Positions 47,409 through 63,099 are shown, numbered from the stretch's first letter. The stretch is DNA of 64,000 nt from Acanthaster planci (GCF_001949145.1 NW_019091359.1:2306540-2370539); one strand, 5' to 3'. The notes: generated by a model from the sequence alone, not told the origin. Translations and numbers: made by a program.

Positions 47409-50400
47409 TACATGTAACAACGTTACATTGGATTGAGTTGAAACATGATGGTTATGACAGTTGTACTGATAATGTGAGATTTTACATGCATGCTGAGTTT
47501 TAACAAGATTGCATGTGGGACACCCAAGTTTCCCTCCCCCCCCCAAAAAAATCGGTTCTTTTAGGGTTAACATGAAAATAATGGATGTGGCCATGACTGT
47601 CATGAAAGCAGCCAGAAAATGCTATCAACCCAAAATAATGAGAGTGGTGATTGGATTCTATAAAGAATCATTCGGCCAGGTTTACTGGGATCATTCATGT
47701 GCATGCAAATTACTTGTACGTTATGCAGGAAGCAAGTGACCCATAGTTGAACCAAAGTTTACATTCGAACTTGCCCATAGCTGAACAAAAGTGTGATTCA
47801 TGTGTGCTGGATTCATGTACACCTCACCTTCCTTTATATTAAGTATTCAAAAGAATGCGGGGGACCAGACTGTGAGTTGAACGCTGGTCTGTCATGTACA
47901 TTTGCAAGGATTGATCCTGCATTGCACAACTTTAAGGGTACTGCCGTGTAATTATACAGAGTCAGATAACGAAGTTGCATATCTGCAGCCTGGTGCAGTT
48001 TTTACAAACCATAGCACGTCTGACCATGTGCGTGTTCATGAAGTCTCCCAAATCCTTCTGTAAGTGTTGCAATAAGCTTATGTTTAACTTCAGCGTTGAA
48101 AACCACGTGATGCTTTAAGGAGCAGAGTGTTTGAGTTTATCTCAACATCTAGTTGCTAATATGTGTATAGTTGATGTACCCTAGTATGCATTACAGACAT
48201 CCTGTTTATGTTGGCACTTAAACATGTTTGCACACTGCACACATCAAAAAGCAGTTTCTTTCAGTCTTAGGATTTTTATAACGAGAGTTGTGAGAGGGAA
48301 TAGACTTGAGCCAAACTGGAGGTTTCTGAAATTCTTTTTTGTACATTATTTTTGTTAGTTTCTTTGAAGGTTTTCTGTTCTTTGCATAAGTAATGTTATG
48401 TGGCTAAAGGGGAAATTAATGATTAATGGGAAATTATGTATGTAAAAGCCATAGAGCTATATATAAAAACCAAGAGTGCTGACTCATGTACGAAGTGATG
48501 TCTGCTGGGTGCGTCCATGTTTGTGCCCAAACCTACCGAAACTCACGATTTGTACGGCTTTTGTACGGCTATTTGCATATCTGCATCCGTATTCAAAACG
48601 AAACGTCAACAAAGTCGATACGTAAATGACCCAAATGCACATCAGTAAATGAGCATTTCATTTTGCTCTGCGCCAAAAAACACAAACGCGGACACATACA
48701 TGTATGCGCTGCACAAGAACAAGAATTTTGCCGTGACACTTTTTAAAAATTGGATTTTATCCGTTCCCAATGTGCATGACATCTGCTGCTCCAGAGCTGT
48801 CAACTCACTGAACACTGACTGAATTAAGGGAACAACTTAATTAGCTGAACATATCAAAAGACGGCCATCGAAAGATATGCATACGAAATCGGACAACCTT
48901 GCTTGAATGTTGGGGAAAGATCTGTTTTATAATAACAATCAGGTATGCATGTAATAAATGTGCCATTGCTCTGTACGTGTGCGCCTTATTCAAATGACGC
49001 GCTGATATTTGTGTATGTTGTACTTGTGCATGGCTATTAGAATACATAATTTGATATCCATTCCATCGATTTTGAATATTTGACAAGCATGCACATAGAT
49101 TCAAAATGTCTGCGCCCAGGACGGTGTCAAATTTTCTCAACACAGACAATGAAAGGTTAGTGTTCTACTTTTTGTATTTAGCTCTATAGTAAAAGCTTAT
49201 TTTTGTAGAGATTTAGTTTTTCTTTTGATTGAATTTGTTCTGTGACTAACAATTTTAACAGCATTGATTTGTTATCAAGTTTAAGAGTTAAATGTCAGAA
49301 TCTTAACGGTTAGCCAAAGAGGGTGTTTCAAAGAAAAGGTATCTTAGTTTGAAGAGTTTATACATCCCAACTACATATTTTATATTTACTGGCAAAAACC
49401 TTGGTATCATTGTAAAGAGGAAGCCTGTGCTTTACAAAGGCTCACTCCAAATTTACGCCATAAGAGAAGTTTATTCCCTGTTGTGTTCTGTCGTGTTAAC
49501 CAAACCATTTGAACAACCCCAGGGTTCAACAGACAATTCTTAAACCCTTTCACCAAGCCCAGTTTCTCAACACTGTGCCAGTTTTGACACACCAAGCCCC
49601 GCACCTGCAAGAGAGGGTGATAAATGGGGAAAAAAATCTTCCTCTTCTCTTCTGTGCTTAGTTAATTTGGAATGTTAGCACACACACAGCGACAACTTTG
49701 GCCTAAATAGAGTGTCCCAACCCCAATTTTGTGCCACATTTTTAGAAAAATGGTGCTCAATTACATATGAGCCAGAAAATGAAATCAGTGTGTATCATCG
49801 AAAACATATAACAATAACGAACAGGATTTTTATTTAGGACTTTTAACTAAGATCATGGTACTTTCCATTATCATTTGGACATATAATATCATTTGGAATT
49901 TGAACTCCTTAAAATAGGATTATCTTTTTTAAACCCTGTTTTACAGTTTTGCTTCTGGGAGATTATGTAATGTTCCAATGTAAATGTACCTGTGCATGAT
50001 TTTAGCATTAATTTTCATTTGCCTTTTTGGTTCAGTGGAAGACAGTCAGCAAAGATTGTCAGATTGAGGTAATGGACGTGATTACTGTGATCCAGTCCTC
50101 TTGAACAAACACATACATTGACGTTTATTACCTTCTAGAACGCTTTCTTGCCGTGCCACAGAAATTTGTACAGGATGCTGACTGGTAAAATTAGGAAAGT
50201 TGCTTGTGTTGAAGACACTGTAACATGTACAGTATATACTCTTGGTGAACAGTTTTGATGTTGTGATTTCATTGTGACTTGGACATTGTAATGTAAAAGT
50301 CATACCTCACAGAATAAGGCCCTTTCCTTGTTGATTTATTGATGCAATATAGATAACTGTTGACTGCTTTGATGAGATTTATAAGTGTCCTTACTTTGCT

Positions 50401-53400
50401 TGTCAGACATGAACATCCCTCTGACCACATCCCTGCAGTCAGCAAACACTGAATATAAAAAACTTCAAGTCTTTCATTTTAACAGGCATGTATTTTGAAC
50501 TGAAAGACTGGTCTACTTTCCGTGAAATGATCTCTTTGAAATAGATTATTATAAAGAGCAGATTCCGACTCCCCATGCCTCTTTGATTCATTTAGTTTTC
50601 TTTGGGGGGGTATTCTTTTCACAAGTCAATATTTATAGATGGTCAAATATTATTCAGTGTTTGCTATGTGCATTGAGAGCTGACATATAACTCAAAATTT
50701 AGAAATTCTACAAAGCACTGTTGAATATTATTTGTAGAAGGGAATCAATGTGCACTTGTTGCCAAATAAATGCCACTTTGTACAGGTACCTAAAACCTGC
50801 CTCTGCTCATTGAAAGCACTGGAGTTAAGGAGAAACAAATAGCTGCAGTTTAAAACTCTGTCGTGGAGTTTAATGTGTGTACATATTTTATTTTTCCATT
50901 CTTCCTTGCTTCTCCAATAAATTTACGAAAAAGGGAAAAAAAAGTCTCTTGTATTACATATTGACATCCATATACTTATCAACCTGCAGATTAAGACAAG
51001 AAATGCACTCCATTGTGAATTTGATCAACCAAGGTGCCCACTCTTTTACCGCAGCTAACCTAGTCGATAAATGCCTTGCGTGGTAGCCATCTTGCAGGGC
51101 AGTTGGTTTGTTCCACAGGGAAACTTCTTTTGTGCACTGGCGTGCAAGATGGCCGCCATGGGAACCTGCAATCCTTCGCAAGTTGAAGTGCACCCTCACC
51201 AGCAAAACAAGGCCTGCCTGGTACAAAGTTTTCCAACTGGGTCCTTGCATGCGTTCGGCACACACTCGAAGATACGTTCTAGCATATTTTCGTTGCGCAT
51301 ACTCGGTGCGCCCTGCACCAAACGCATGTGAACTTGCACGCCTACACAGGGAATTCGTACCAGATGTGTGAAAATTTAACTTTTTAGCCGATTTCAGCTT
51401 TTTTTGTTTAGATGTTGAGCCTCATTTTCAGCGTTTATGTGCACCTGCTGGGTACAAACGTATGAGGACTTCTTACATTTCAGCTTCTTGCTAGCTATTT
51501 TCAGCTTTATTTTTAAGTGGCCACTCACACCCCTGGTTTGTACCAACGGGCTTTCAATTTCATCTAAAAACAAGCCCTCTTTTGTTCCCACTTGGAGCGA
51601 CTACTCTCAGTCAGCTCTCTTCAATTATGTTGACAGCTATTACTTCAGGTAAATGTAAACTGAGATTGTTTGTACCTATGTATCTGCCATTTTGGATGTG
51701 CTCATAACTTGTCCCCATCATAGCAGAAAGCCGCTAACGCTTACAGTTTATGTGGCCCTAAGACAGCAGTTGGCAACAGCTCAGTGCTCAAAGCATCTCA
51801 TAATGGACATGGATATTTACTGCGATGTCTTTGAAGAAATTGCGTGATCTCCCCTTTTAGGGGTACTGCCAACAGCCGACACGCAAGTCGGTGCCGACCA
51901 CGATGACACAATATCACTCATAGTCCCCGATATTTTCCCTAATATTTTACATGTAGTATGATTTTTTGTACGCAGTCAAATGACTTCTTTCTAACCTCTG
52001 CTATTCCATACAATGATTAATGACACAAACGGACTCGCTGACCAGACTAAAATGGCCATTTCTTAGAAAAAGAAAATGGTTTGATATTTGTTATCACCTG
52101 GAAGTTTTATTGACAACAAAAACACTTCACCATGGATATGCAATTGTAAACTGAAACAATGGCATACCTCAACGACTTGGTGGATTTATTTTTCAGCCAG
52201 AACAAATGTAACATATCATGAAGATCACTCACTTAAATGGCCTACACGTTGAGGAAAAAATCACAGGCAAAAACTCCTCAGCCAAGTTCCAAATTCTTGC
52301 ACGTAGATTGAATAATCCATAATCATATGAATATGGATCAGTCGTGTCCGGAATGGTGTCTCATAGGGTCACATCTTTTGGGCTATTGGCATATCAGAAG
52401 TGGGGGGGGGTGCTTGCCCCATCCCTCCCCCAGAAGAAAAGTTGGAAACAGAAAAGAGAAAAAAAAACAGATCTGACCTCCTTCCACAGTTAATGGTTTG
52501 TCAGTTTGCTGACAAAATGCTGAAACAAATTTTGGCAACGCCCATGGTAAAGATCTAATTTTTGCTCCATAGACTAAGCACAAAGGAAGGAATACTTGGC
52601 GTTGGCAACAACTGGCCATTTATGTTTTGGCTGTTCATTCTGAAATTCCAGTTTCACCCAGACATTTTAAAATTTCCCTTAAGTTATTTTGAAATGAAGG
52701 GATGCATAAAAACTCGATGGCTAGACATCTGATCAATACTTGACAGCTGGTCCGGCATGACAGAAACACCGTCATGCTTTCCTGATGTAAATCACAAGAG
52801 AATTGCTGAGACACATGTAAAAACAGCTGCCATTTTAATACCCGTCAGTTCAGGTATATACATATTTATTTTCTCTCTCCAATAAATAAAATAAAAAAGA
52901 ACAAAACCATCAGTCACATGTTCAACACTCATTGCCACTTTCTGGTTACCCCCTGGACTTAGTTTGGGGGCCAGCTCCATCCATGTGGCGAGGAATCTAC
53001 CTAAGCAATGATCTCCGTTGGGGTGACAAATCGCTTGCGTGTGCCAGTTCTGAGCAGTGTGCATGAGCAATTATGCAAATCAGTTTAATGCTAATTTCCT
53101 TCATTATTCCTCTTCATTTTGACCCCATCAATTATTCTAAAACTCTTTTTCTGAGAGGACAACTTTATGAAGACCTGGGCAAGTCCTCCTAATGTCTTCA
53201 CTTTGTTGACTTTGCTTTTTCTCGGGTCCAGGCATGGAGGAATAACATGCCTGTCTACTAGCTCACATATGGGCCCAGAGTTCTCAATACAGAATTTTCA
53301 TCGGATTGTGTACAAAAGTGACTTTCATCCTCTACAAGGGGTCAAAGGCAAATGATATCACTGGTATGATTCTAGTCTCTCTTCGTCACCACTGAATAGC

Positions 53401-53460
53401 ACATGTACAGAGAGCACAGATCCTGCAGTCTTTGTACGTCAGCTTCTTTCCTTGAGCTGA

Positions 53461-56400
53461 TCAGACAAACGGAGTCAGCAAGTCTGGATCCACCAGGGAC
53501 TGCTCCAACGGAACATCAATGTCGTATTCTTTGGGGTTCTGGCCGCGATGTCGCACTTTCTTGCCGTGCTTGGGAATGGGTAGCTCAGAGTGGTGGGCCA
53601 GCAGAGGTTCGGTGAAGAAGTACGGATGCAGGAGGGCCTACCAAAGAGCAAGATGGGAAAGAAGACATGTAATCTGTCGGGATTTACGGTAGTTCACTGT
53701 TGTTAGTAGAAGCACCCAACTTATCCAGAACAGAAGCGCATATTGTAGAAGCACTTCACAGATTTCATTTGGCGAGGGAGCGTTCAGTATCACTGCACAC
53801 AGTGCAGAACTGTAAATCCCTATTCCCAATATAATTTCCTACTCTAAATACAATATACAAGGAACTTTCCTGGACCCTCAAACATCCACTACTGAGGAGG
53901 AAACATCCAAGGTCACATTCTTGGTGTTTGAGCCTCATTCTTTGTATTTTGTACTTAAGTAGTGGCACTCCCCGTGCAAATGAGAGTGGTTTGAATCTTC
54001 CTCCTTAAATCTTTAAAATTCAACAAACCCTCCAAGTGGCATTTTAACCTCTTTAAAAGATCTCAAACATTCTCAGAAGACTTGACTGTAGGCACAAACT
54101 GGTGAGTGTACAAGTAAAATATTTGCCACAAAGGGCCATCATGAAACGTGAAAACAACTCCACCAAAAGTTTCGTGAACTGAATACCCCTTTCAGTCTTT
54201 TTCTTTTTGAAGACCAAACGCCAAGTGCTTTAATAGCCTGCTCACCTCTGCCGCAGATATCCTCTGCTTTGAAGGATACACAAGAAACTTCTTCAACAAG
54301 TCCAGGGCCTGCACCACAAACAGAAGTATTTCATTACAAAAACCTCATAAGCAAGCAGAAATGGAGAGAATACGAGAAAACTTAAAAGAAACTGCGAAGA
54401 ATGAAACATGTCAGGGGCCTTTCTTGAGCTTGAATGTTCTTTTGATTTAAAGAGAAGGGAAAACGGTGCTTACGCTTCAAAATTAAATAAATATACGGCT
54501 TCTTGTTCATGTCTGATTAGTTCAACAGCTTTATACATCTTGCCAAACTGTGGGCAGAAATGTTCTTCTTCAAAACAGAATGGCATACACGATACAGTTG
54601 AGGACTAGTGAATCAAAGAGCAGTTCGTACCTCTGGTGATGCGTCTGGTACCACCTCTTCAAATGGTATGGGCGGATTCTCTGGGAATGTGATCTTGTTG
54701 TAGTCTGGCAACTGCTCCATTCCCTTCAAGTACATGCCACAAACAACAAAGTGTTACGGCAATGCATTACTCAACTATATGTCCAAAAGAAAGGAGTGAC
54801 CGCAGGACATGTGAACATCATCTGGCTATCTGCATACATAGGATAGGCTGATGGATTAAAATGTTGAGCGTGCCTCCCGTTTGTTTTTTATGTGCACACT
54901 GAGTCGAAGAAGTCCGTTGAGATGGACAGGGTTTTGAATTTGAACTTGATGGCTGCACATAGCCTGTAATGGAAGTAAATATTTCTCTGGCCCAGGGTTT
55001 GTAAATATGTGAAAGAAACGCTGTACAATTATTGTTCAAACAAATCAGAATTTGTATCAGCAATCTTGCCTGTCATGGAGTGGATCTGATTGGAAGACTA
55101 GGTCAGAGTTTAATCAGGGATGGAAGTGGAGAAAAACGTGACTTTGGACAGCTTACCGGCCATGTCTTCTCAGTGGGTGTTCCCAACACACGTAGCACAC
55201 AGCATAGCTGCTCGATGTCGTTCTCTCCGGGGAAGAGTGGGGAGTTATTGAGAAGCTCTCCGAAGATGCAGCCAACTGCCCTGGAATGAGAGAATCTTCC
55301 ACGCTGAAGCTCTAGTCTTCAGGAAACAATGCCAAGATGGCAGTATGGTGGAAATGAGAATGGTGGTATCTCTTGTGGGTGGGGCTAAGTGATTGAGGGG
55401 GCAGACTAACTAAGCCTTTCATGGCGAAAGAAGCCTTTTCCTACTGAAGCTGTTAAGAGTGTAGAAAACTGAATATTTCAAATGTTGATGCCAGTTATTG
55501 CAACTTACCAGAGATCAACACCTTCGTCATATTTCCTAGCTCCATACAACAATTCAGGAGCCCTGTACCACCTGTAAAAAGCAAGAAAAACCGTTATATT
55601 AACTAGTCTTTAAATGCTTCACACAACCTATTTTATGTGGGCTGTTGGATGGCAGCCAAACACGAGGCAAATCCAGCCCTTCTTCTTTTAACTAATATTA
55701 CAAGAGCACATGTACTTGGCATCGACCCAAGGCCATGCCTTTTCTCTGCCTGTTGTGCAACTCCATTAGAAAATGAGCCAGTGCTAATTATGCATCTCAT
55801 TTACATATTGCATATTCATATACCTTGTTGCCACCTGGTGGCTGTACTGTCTGCCTTCCTCATTACTGAATACCCTCGCCAGGCCAAAGTCGGCAATCTT
55901 CAGGTGTCCCGTCTCACTGATTAACAGATTAGCTGGTTTCAAATCCTAAACAGGAAACCAATCAATTAAGATCATTAATGAAACAAATCAAGTCCAGAAT
56001 TCAAACGGGATGCACAGGTGTTTGGTCATTCTTTCAGCCGTTACTTGCTACTTTCGGTTGATGAACAATTGAACAGCCAGGCAATCAACACCTGTTGCTT
56101 GGGTTACATGCATGAATTCCACAATTAAGGTTTCTGTGCTTACTGAGTTCAGGCAGAGTTTCTGTGCCAACACTGTAAGCACAGAATGTTTTACTTCGTG
56201 CTTAGCTAAGCCATAAATTGGGTTCAAAGCAACCAAAGATAAATTGTGAGGAAATTCAATCGCATATTTGGGGTTAAGAAGATAATCCATCCTACAGTGA
56301 GTCAATCTGGATGTGTATCTGCATTACGATGAACAGTAAGCCCACCCTGTGCATGATGGAGTTTTCGTGGCAGTAGGCAATCCCCTTCAGCAGCATCATC

Positions 56401-58248
56401 ATATAGCTCTTGACCTGGGCCTCCGTCAACGGCTGCTGTGAGTTACGGACCACTTCGGACAGGTCGGACAGCATGTACTCAAAGACGAGCACAAACCCAG
56501 TGCCATGGGGAAATACCTCCCGCAGTTTGACAACCTGATAGGGTGGGAAAATATTAGGGGTGTGTTTGCATGGTTACTCTTGTTAACACAAGTACACGTA
56601 GGATGCATGCGCATTACACTCCGGTGCAGGAGTATACTCCCCTCTAGCAAGAGTATACTCGCTGACGCTCGGGTCGTACTCCAGCCGTTTGAGCGCTCAC
56701 AAGTATACCCGTGTTAACACAAGTAGCTCGCTTGAACGCACCCTTAATGGGTGGCCTTCAGATAATTGGGGAATCTACTCGTCTTCACCGATCTCTGTCA
56801 CTTCTGAGAAGCAATTTTGACAACCAAGTACTTCCACTCTGGAAGTGATCCCCCCGAGTTGAAGTGCGCTCTCACCGGCAAAGTAGAGACTGCGGTGTTG
56901 GAAGTTTTTTAACTGAGCTTGGGCATGTGCCCAGGCTCCAACGCACATGCAAAGTCCATACATCCCAACATAAAGTGGTCATGCGTACTGCACGCTCAGA
57001 AAGTGAGATCCCACGAAAAAGACTATCAAACACAGTTCCCACTTGCAGCAGATCACATAAGTGAAATACCATCCAACCTACGTAGCTCTCGACAAGAGAG
57101 GGGGCATTCTTTCATGTAAAAATGACTGCATCCTTTGGTAGGGCTCACTCCATGCATGCACATGTTTGCAGTCGACTAATATCTATTTGCATGTTCCTAT
57201 GTGCTCCAGGCACCCAGATGGATCAATTCCACCCGTCTATCTCTTCTTTGCCAGTGACAGGTGCTTCAAGTCTGGACAGACAGGAACACTTTGAAGTAAT
57301 TTCTCCTTCTTCTTGAAAGACGACGCTTTCACTTTTGCTTTCAAGCAGTCTCTGCTGTTTTTAATTTGTGTTTTAAGTTACGCCCTTACGATGTGCCTTC
57401 TTGTTTTATTTATTACACACAAGAAACTTTTCTCAGAATACAATTCTTGATAATTTCACCTTCATTTAATTGAATTACATGCAATCCAAGTTACTCATTT
57501 ATTGAAAGCTCGCTTAGATAAGGCAGGTGACCATATTCTGACAGCTAATCAATCCAATTTAAAAATTATTGATAACAAAACTTACATAAGGATTTTCCTC
57601 AATCTCTTGCAGAGCTTTAATTTCCCTGGAGGGTAAAAAGTAACAAGGACAAGTGATATACAATCCCAATTCTCAAGGTAACAGGTGGTTCAAGAAATAC
57701 TTCCATCACTGTGTCTTTCTTTGACATCCGAAAATCTCCTCACTGAACAACCTACTTAACTACACCTCTTTTTACACGATTTAACTCAAAAATTCCAATG
57801 GTACATGTATGCTACATGAAAGTTCTAAAGTTCAACCAAAATGTTCCTCAAATGATAGACTTTACCTCAATGCTGTATTTGGTATTCCATCATCCAGTCT
57901 CCGCAATGGAACTTTTTTCAATGCACATATTTCACCACTCTATGGAAAACAAAATTACAACCAAATCTTCTAGTCTAAAGAAGTTTAATATCCTAACCAG
58001 CATAAAAGCAGTAGCATTGAAAATTACATCAATGGAGTAGCAAGACAGATGATTTTAGACTAAATATCAAGGAATTCCTCATTTTGCCTCCGCCTTGTAC
58101 CTTTTAGATGACAACCAGGCAATGAAGTAATTAAAAATCTTGAGTAAATCTTGACAAAGTCCTGCAGTCCTACCTCAATGTGTTTGGCTTTAAACACAAT
58201 ACCATGTGCACCTTCACCTATCCTTCCAAGAATCGTATACTGCTCCAT
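53461..58248 (-). CDS. CDK20: Cyclin-dependent kinase 20 (CCRK), 10 coding exons, 339 aa
   Basis: Exons 58174-58248, 57866-57939, 57586-57625, 56346-56534, 55824-55945, 55509-55571, 55157-55280, 54631-54723, 54246-54308, 53461-53637 (1020 nt, in phase). Motifs [74 protein letters not shown]. Confidence 0.97.
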
Positions 58249-59961
58249 GTTCTCTCACTGCCAAGGATTAGGAGGAACAATGCTGATTCAAAACAATTAA
58301 AGGAAAAAGATTAAAAATTCATGTACTTAGAACATGTCAAAATGTAGGTGTTATGTCCACGAATACCAGAATCCAATGATATCAATATCATGAGTGTAAG
58401 CTTAATCCAGACGGAAAAGTGGCATGACTAGACAAACTCCCTAATCTGCCAAATATCTGAAATTTGGTCAACTTGCTCCCTAGCCTGGCCAACTCATCCC
58501 CTATGAGAATATCAACTCCCTGCCTGGCCAAGTCACCCCCTTGCCTTTATGTGACCTGTCACCACAAAATGAGCTGAAAGTCAGAATTTAAAAAAACTGA
58601 GATATTGGTATTTTTGAATTCAGCAGAAAAAGAGATTTCCAGTTGTATGTACATGGAACACTTAGGGTAGAAGTATCAGGTGACATTGTGACATTATTTT
58701 GGCAGCTTGGCGTCTTTTCATATTTGCATATTTTCAGTATTTCAGACCAGGTAAAAATAATGCTATCATCAAATTGCTGAGAAAATTACCCTTCTCAATA
58801 TATGATCCTGCAGAATATTTGGAATCAAAGAGAAGATGGGTTACTCTTTCCAAATATTTCAAAACCTCAAAATTGACCTCCGCTTCAAAATTGACCTCCA
58901 CTTCAATATGACTTTGAACCCTCAAAACAGGAAAGAGCGAGATGCGACTTCACTCTCAGGTTGTTGTAACAGGTCACATATACCTTTGAGACAGCAGGCT
59001 GATATGAAATATAGACGTGTTTCCAATGTGCCACTCACACTGCAAGGCTCCAAAGTTTTGTCCTATTTGTTATACTTTTTCAAGCAAAACTTTGACACCA
59101 AATTAGGCTATAAATGTTAAGTTCATGAAACATCATCAGTAATTTTTCATTAATCCATGACTCTTGCTTTGAAATAATGCGCTGAATTTGGAATAAGACT
59201 GCACTTCACTGCATCAATGCCACATTTTTTTCTCACTTTTTACCTCAATGCCACACACACAAGCAACTTGCATCTTGACAGCTGCATTAATCAACAATAC
59301 ATGTAGGTGTATTATATCAGTACAAATTTATACTGTCAGAAATCTTTGGTTCCAGGCTTAAACCTGCCACACACAAGAGCTATCTTTTGACATGGCTGAG
59401 CGAAAAAGCGATTTGTGGACATTTGCTGTGCACATTTTGGCTCTCATTTATGAGGTTAATTTCTCTCTGTCTTCTGCCATGTCTGCCAACAAACATGACT
59501 AAAGTAGGCCTAGGACTTCAAAACACATTTACCCAGCACTAGACAGACAGACTGACCTAGGCTATTACCAGCCTTATCACAAATACTGCATCAGTGATTT
59601 TGCAATGGTAGAAAGGCATTGTTGGAAGGAAAAAGGAGTAAACACTGCCCCCTTTTTCCTTTCCACAATGCCTTTCTACCATTGTGCAATGTCACCCATG
59701 CAGTATTCGCAATAAGGTTGAGGCCTATGTACATGTACATACAATGTCAATTGGATATTTTGTCCAGTTTTCGGACAGCGTTTTGGGCAGCTAAAAATGA
59801 CGACTAAGCAATTTATGTTTTTCTTTGCAGGCGTAAAACATTACAACCGTACATTTGTAGGCCTACCTCCTTAGTGGAGAAGTGAACTCGCTTCAATGTT
59901 CGCAGTCTGGTCCTTTTCTCGTTGCCGAAAGTGCTCGCTTCTCGGAAGAAAGAAACACTAC

Positions 59962-59983
59962 GTTGTCTTGGCAGATGTAAACA
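59962..59983. promoter_or_regulatory. Candidate RFX X-box plus forkhead site upstream of CDK20
   Basis: GTTGTCTTGGCAGA (imperfect X-box) is immediately followed by GTAAACA, just upstream of a candidate 5'UTR exon with a minus-strand donor at ~59865. Confidence 0.35.
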
Positions 59984-62900
59984 AGTATATTGAGGGCGCC
60001 ATCACTCTGCAGGCCAGTCAGTAGACCGCACAGACTGTCATAGCCAACAGTGATATATTGATAAAATTTACCTGAACTTCAAAAAATCGGTCAGGAAAAT
60101 ACGAGTTTCTCAGGTGTTCAAGACCCCAATCAAATTAAAGCCCATTTTATGATTATTCATCTTCTTTCCAAATTTCCATTGATAACCGATGAATTTGAAG
60201 ACTTTTTTCCACGGAAGGTTACCCCGTGGGCCCGTGTCCTGCCTCCATGGTAATAGTAAAACTTGAACCGAAGTCCGGCACGAAGCCCCTCGCCTTTTTG
60301 AAAGGCATTCGTTTTCTTTGCATAAACCTATTTTTTCTACAAATATTTAAGTTCATGGGCCACAGAATGCTCTATTTCGTATACTGAGAATTTGAGTGCG
60401 GTACGAACTGTGATTTGGGCCACGTACAATGCATACAGTTTTCAGCCTATTTACTGGCCTGCCGCAACCTTGAACCGTCACGTGCGTGCCGCGCCGCCGG
60501 TGAACTCTTGTTAATGTCAGGACAGTGGTTTCATGGATCCGAAGGGTCAATATAGACCCTAAGTGATAATTTCTGTGAGTTCATCTGTGCATGAAAAGTG
60601 TCCCCGTCAGTTTCTTTTGAAAGAGGAGATTGGCCTGGAAAAAAGGATAGGACCGCGTAAATAGGCATATAGGTCAGGGTCAAGTCCTTTGTTTGTTGGG
60701 ATAGCCATCTGAGGGCAGAGTTGATAAAATTACAGCTGGAAATTATGGGTCTGGACTTAGATATCAGATTAGTGGTGCTGGTAATGGTCAGATCCACATG
60801 GTAGGGGTGAAAGGAAATTAAAGTGCTCCAGAAAGCAGAGGGAGACCACGTAAAACATGGCTGCCTGCAGTGCAGTTTGTGAACTATCACTTTTTTGGGG
60901 GGAGGGGGCTGTTTTGGGTGGATTGGGTCGTCCAACAGAAATTGAAAAAATATAAAAATACTAAGGACAAGACAATAGTTTTGAGAAACTCCAGTTATTT
61001 TGGTTTGCACGGCGAGCCCCGAACTTAGTTGATTTTACATTGCTTTTGATGGAATGTGAAAAGCGCCCTTAATCCACCCAGAACAAATGGATCTGTGAAT
61101 ATCTCTTTCACCTAAAATAATATCAGTCCGTATTTCATGGGTTCGATTTCAGTTGGAACAGGAAGGCAGGTTATCAGGCCTCGAAATAGTACTAGCCCGG
61201 CGTACAAATCATTCTAGCGAAAATGCTCCGGGCTACCTTAACTTGGTTCCTTGGTTGCCTGGTGGGCTAGTGATAAGCCTACCTGTTAAAACTTATATCA
61301 AAATATATAATGCTCGTCGCGATAACAAATACAAGATCGCAAAAACGGTTGTTGTGGATGTGTTTTTACTTGTGTTTTTGAAACGTGATACTCGCGCGAC
61401 AGGGCAACTATTAGCGACCGTGAATTAACCTAGAAAGAAATNNNNNNNNNNNNNNNNNNNNNNNNNNNNNNNNNNNNNNNNNNNNNNNNNNNNNNNNNNN
61501 NNNNNNNNNNNNNNNNNNNNNNNNNNNNNNNNNNNNNNNNNNNNNNNNNNNNNNNNNNNNNNNNNNNNNNNNNNNNNNNNNNNNNNNNNNNNNNNNNNNN
61601 NNNNNNNNNNNNNNNNNNNNNNNNNNNNNNNNNNNNNNNNNNGATTCCTGCGAGACAATGACCAACACAAAGCAGGGGGGGCTCTCTCCGTCTCATACCT
61701 TGCTGCATATGAAGCCGTGTGCAAACAGCACCCTCTTCTTATTGGAAAAAAGTTTTCTCTCGTTCACCCCTCACGTGTGGAGGTCAGAAAGTAAGCAAAA
61801 AGTAGCATTTTTTGCCAAAGGTAAGCAACCCAAATGAGAGGAAAGATGGAGCAAAGAGATGATTTTGATCCCGGCTCCGTGACCAGTGACTCCAGCGACT
61901 AACATACATGCTTCTTTATTTTTTTATACCATCAGCCTTTTATTTCCCGAAATGTCAAATTCTGTATTGGTAAGCTGATAACAAATTTCAGGGTTTTAAC
62001 ATTTTTTTATATACGGGCTAGTAAAACTCTAAACGGGCTAGTAAAATATCCACTGAACTTGCCCAGTGGGCTAGCCAGGAAAAAGTTAACACAAGGCCTG
62101 GCTATAATTCGAAATTGAGCAACGCGAGACTACTGACGGGTGGTGCTCGTGCGGTTTAGTCCCAGTAATAAGCGTTTCAAGATTATGATGGTACCACGTA
62201 CTGGCCCCATCTCAGCGAAAGTTTCATCTGCCTCGATCTGCCCGTATCATAACAAAATTAGGATTTATTCAACGAAATAGTATTCAAAGGACTGGACATC
62301 AACATGGTTGTTCTTGTCTACAGTTAATAGAATTAACACAATTAGTCTACAAAATACACCAATATTCCCTGACTTCTAGTAGGCCTATACGCAATCACAG
62401 AAGAAACTTACAAAATCTTTTCACAGTCTTTGTAAGTTATAAGGACACAAAGCAAGTCGTCTCAAAAGACAAACTGTAGATTGAATACGAACACAACCAG
62501 GCAACATAATCTTCTATAATTATGATCAAATTCGGCACTTGAAAAAGCAAATTTAAGCGGCAGTAATGGGGGTGAAATTCGGTTGGTAACTGGAAATGGT
62601 TTGTACGTAGACTAGGCTGTGATTTTGTAAAACAATATAATGGGGGCGTGGACTTCCGGTGAAGAAAAAGTAAATCCAGAATTGTTTGCCGAATTATCAA
62701 GCAATTTTGTATTAATGTGGGCTATCATATCATATTGTACATACAACGGCATATGTAAAAAGAAATCAAAATGTAGACAGCTTAAAGAGCTAAACATGTT
62801 AAGAAAAAATATATACGATTGCATAGAGTATTGAAGACAACAGAACCAGATAATGTTTACACAATAAACAAACGAGTTAACTGTAAATATATATTGTATT

Positions 62901-63099
62901 ATGCCATTTTTTAATGATTGAAGTGAATGTAATCATGATCAGGCCATGACTTGTAGAGCACTCTAGTGAAATCGTTGTCTTGAAGGGTACAGTGAACGTC
63001 AACAAACACTACTTTGATTGACCAACATTCTTTGCATGTAAACAGCAGATGATGAAAGGCAGGCGATAGGTTACCGTGGCCCTTGTAACGGCGGGCTAA

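Noticed and set aside
55824..55860. Ser instead of Thr in the CDK20 activation loop (YSHQVATR)
   Set aside because: Conservative and still phosphorylatable; as far as I recall it is common in non-mammalian CDK20.
60531..61010. 159-aa minus-strand ORF and other 60-120 aa ORFs in 35-42 kb and 47-53 kb
   Set aside because: No recognisable domains or coherent exon chains; consistent with chance ORFs in intron, UTR or repeat DNA.
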